From Octopus sinensis (lineage: Eukaryota): 64,000 bases of DNA. The stretch lies in NCBI RefSeq assembly GCF_006345805.1, contig NC_043011.1, positions 54,076,464 to 54,140,463 of the forward strand, written 5' to 3'. Every line of letters starts with the position of its first letter. The stretch's first letter is position 1. Below, one piece after another: positions 61,986-64,000 of the stretch. A model generated the notes under the pieces. The model did no database searches. It saw only the letters and a program-made list of their open reading frames with translations, and had not been told where the DNA came from. Made by a program: the position numbers and the translations under genes.

Positions 61986-64000
61986 CCCCGCTTAGTGAAC
62001 GTGCCTTAGCTCTGACACCGCAGCCTTCGTGTCTGGCGTCGTAAAATTGGTCGAGGGCCAATCTGGACGCCAACACTTCAATTGCGATGCCTGTCCTAAG
62101 CGCGATAATCTTACTTCCTAACTAAAACTCCCTCTATTCTATTTCTCTCTACTGCTAATGCCTTGCTAAACCTAATCGATTCTACTCTAATTGCCCTTTT
62201 AAGAGCAAACCACCAGTTGTTGTTGACGATTGCACCCGTCAACGCCCGCTTAACTAATACGCTAACCCGGTCTCTGTAAGCTTGATACGCCAGTAGCTTC
62301 GTGTTCAGCTTCTAGTAACCGGGAGCCTGTCTAGGAAGCCTATCTAAGTCTGTGTAGCCGACCATGTGGAACATTCGGGTAATCTAGTCGGTACGTGTCA
62401 CAAAATTGCATACGTGTGAGGAGGTCTTTGAGGCTTTTGCCCCCCACTCTCCTATCAGAAACTCCCACGCAATCGAAACGTCCATCTAAGACAGCGCTCC
62501 AATCCCCTACTAATACTAAAGTCGTAGACGTTCCTAGGAAAACCTCCAGACGCTTGAAGTAATCAGACTGCCCTGCACCTGTCGGAACATCGGCAGCCAC
62601 TAGTCTGAAAGCACTGCCGTCACTGATGTTCACATCCAGGAACACCAACTTACCTTCTCGATCCAGGAAGACTACTTTTATTTTCAAATCCAGACCCTTC
62701 CGGAAAAACACCACAGTACCACCACCGACCCTCCCGGCCGACACGGAGATAAGTAGATCTCGTATCCACCGAAAAAGGTGATGAGGTCCCGTAGGTCGGA
62801 TAGTCTGGATTCACTAATAGCTGCAACATCTACACTAAAGGACTTAAGGTCATTTAAAAGGTGACCTTGTTTCCAATCCAGACCCTTCCGGAAAAACACC
62901 TCAGTACCACCACCGACCCTCCCGGCCGACACGGAGATAAGTAGATCTCGTATCCACCGAAAAAGGTGATGAGATCCCGTAGGTCTGATAGTCTGGATTC
63001 ACTAATAGCTGCAACATCTATACTAAAGGACTTAAGGTCATTTAAAAGGTGACTTTGTTTCCAAGGTAACCCGAGGCTCTTGACATTTACACAACCTATT
63101 CTGAGCATTGTAAAATAAATTTAGAGAAGAGCTCTACTTACCATTGTTGAATGACAGCGTTGTACCCCTGGTCCTTGTAAGTGCTTCCACGAGCTTTTTA
63201 TACAGTCTTTTGGAGAAAGTCTTTCGGAGAAAGTCTTTTGGAAAGACCCAACAACATTTGGAAAGTTTATTTTCAAAGCGTTGTGTACTTCATGTTGCAT
63301 TTTAAAAATCTGTATGTGTGGTGGTGGTGTATTGTGTGTTGGAAAACCAAAGTCTTCCATTGTGGTGTCTATGTGTTGTCTAAGGTATTTCACGAGGTCT
63401 GTATTGTCGGTGTCGATGGCTTTGAGGTTGGTGGTGTTTTTGCTGTCTGTTTGTGTCAGTGTTTGAGGCGGTAGTACTGTTGTTGTTGTTGTTGTTGTTG
63501 GGTATTTCCTCCCCTCTGCTGTTATTCTCTGGGATATTCTCTGGCTGTTCCTTTTTGTGTGTTCATTTGTTGTTGTTGTTGGTGGTGGTGGTGGTGGTAC
63601 TCCGGCTGATGTTGATGGTACTCCGGCTGGTTTTAGTGGTACTCCGGCAGCTGTTGGTGTTATTCAGGCTGGTGGTTGTGGTGGTACTCCGACTAGTGTT
63701 GATGGTACTCCGGCTGGTTTTGGTGGTACTCTGGCTGCTGTTGGTGTTATTCAGGCTGGTGGTTGTGGTGGTACTCCGACTGGTATTGTTGCTAGTGGTG
63801 TTCCGACCGGCTGTGATACTTCGGCTTGCGGCGGCACTCCGGCTCGTGGTGGTACTCCATCCGGTGTTGGTGGTGCGCTGGCGACTGTTGGTGGCGGCGT
63901 CACTGTTGCTGGTGGTGATGCAGTTGCTTTCTGCTGCTGCACTGGTGGTGCCCCCGCTTCAGCTGATGCTTGAAGCTTTGTTTTCATTTCTTTGTATTTA
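61986..64000 (-). mobile_element. Tx1/L1-clade LINE 5' part (ORF1 tail plus APE endonuclease), degraded
   Basis: MLRIGCVNVKSL...DVAAISESRL, FRLVA...P, VLVGDW.AVLD.RFD and KRAIRVES are endonuclease and linker motifs; upstream is a Pro-rich ORF1 tail. Confidence 0.75.

Overview
Eukaryotic, repeat-saturated DNA. The microsatellite density and the set of tRNA-derived SINEs suggest an octopus genome; this is inferred from memory and not verified. I can support only one host coding exon: 28-245 on the minus strand, encoding the first part of a SUEL/Gal-lectin domain of an eva-1/EVA1C-like gene, with clean AG and GTAAGT splice sites. The rest looks like that gene's long upstream intron or intergenic DNA, broken by a 100-N scaffold gap at 39537-39636. 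It holds at least five tRNA-SINE families (my labels A-E), LINE remnants (Tx1/L1, R4/Dong, RTE, CR1/L2), two mariner families, a non-autonomous Helitron, a Helentron-type HINE, piggyBac-, hAT- and pogo-like MITEs, and large microsatellite fields. Almost all ORFs in the supplied track are microsatellite noise or TE pseudogene fragments. Best leads: (1) two independent concatemeric SINE insertions (one head plus 4-5 bodies joined at the same self-complementary junction, each array inside one 15-bp TSD); (2) a type I hammerhead-ribozyme-like motif at 54004-54063; (3) a Tx1 LINE family that appears to target (TATC)n, alongside (TAA)n-embedded R4/Dong elements; (4) several long foldback hairpins, one carrying G-quadruplex motifs. 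SINE family letters are my own and are not database assignments.
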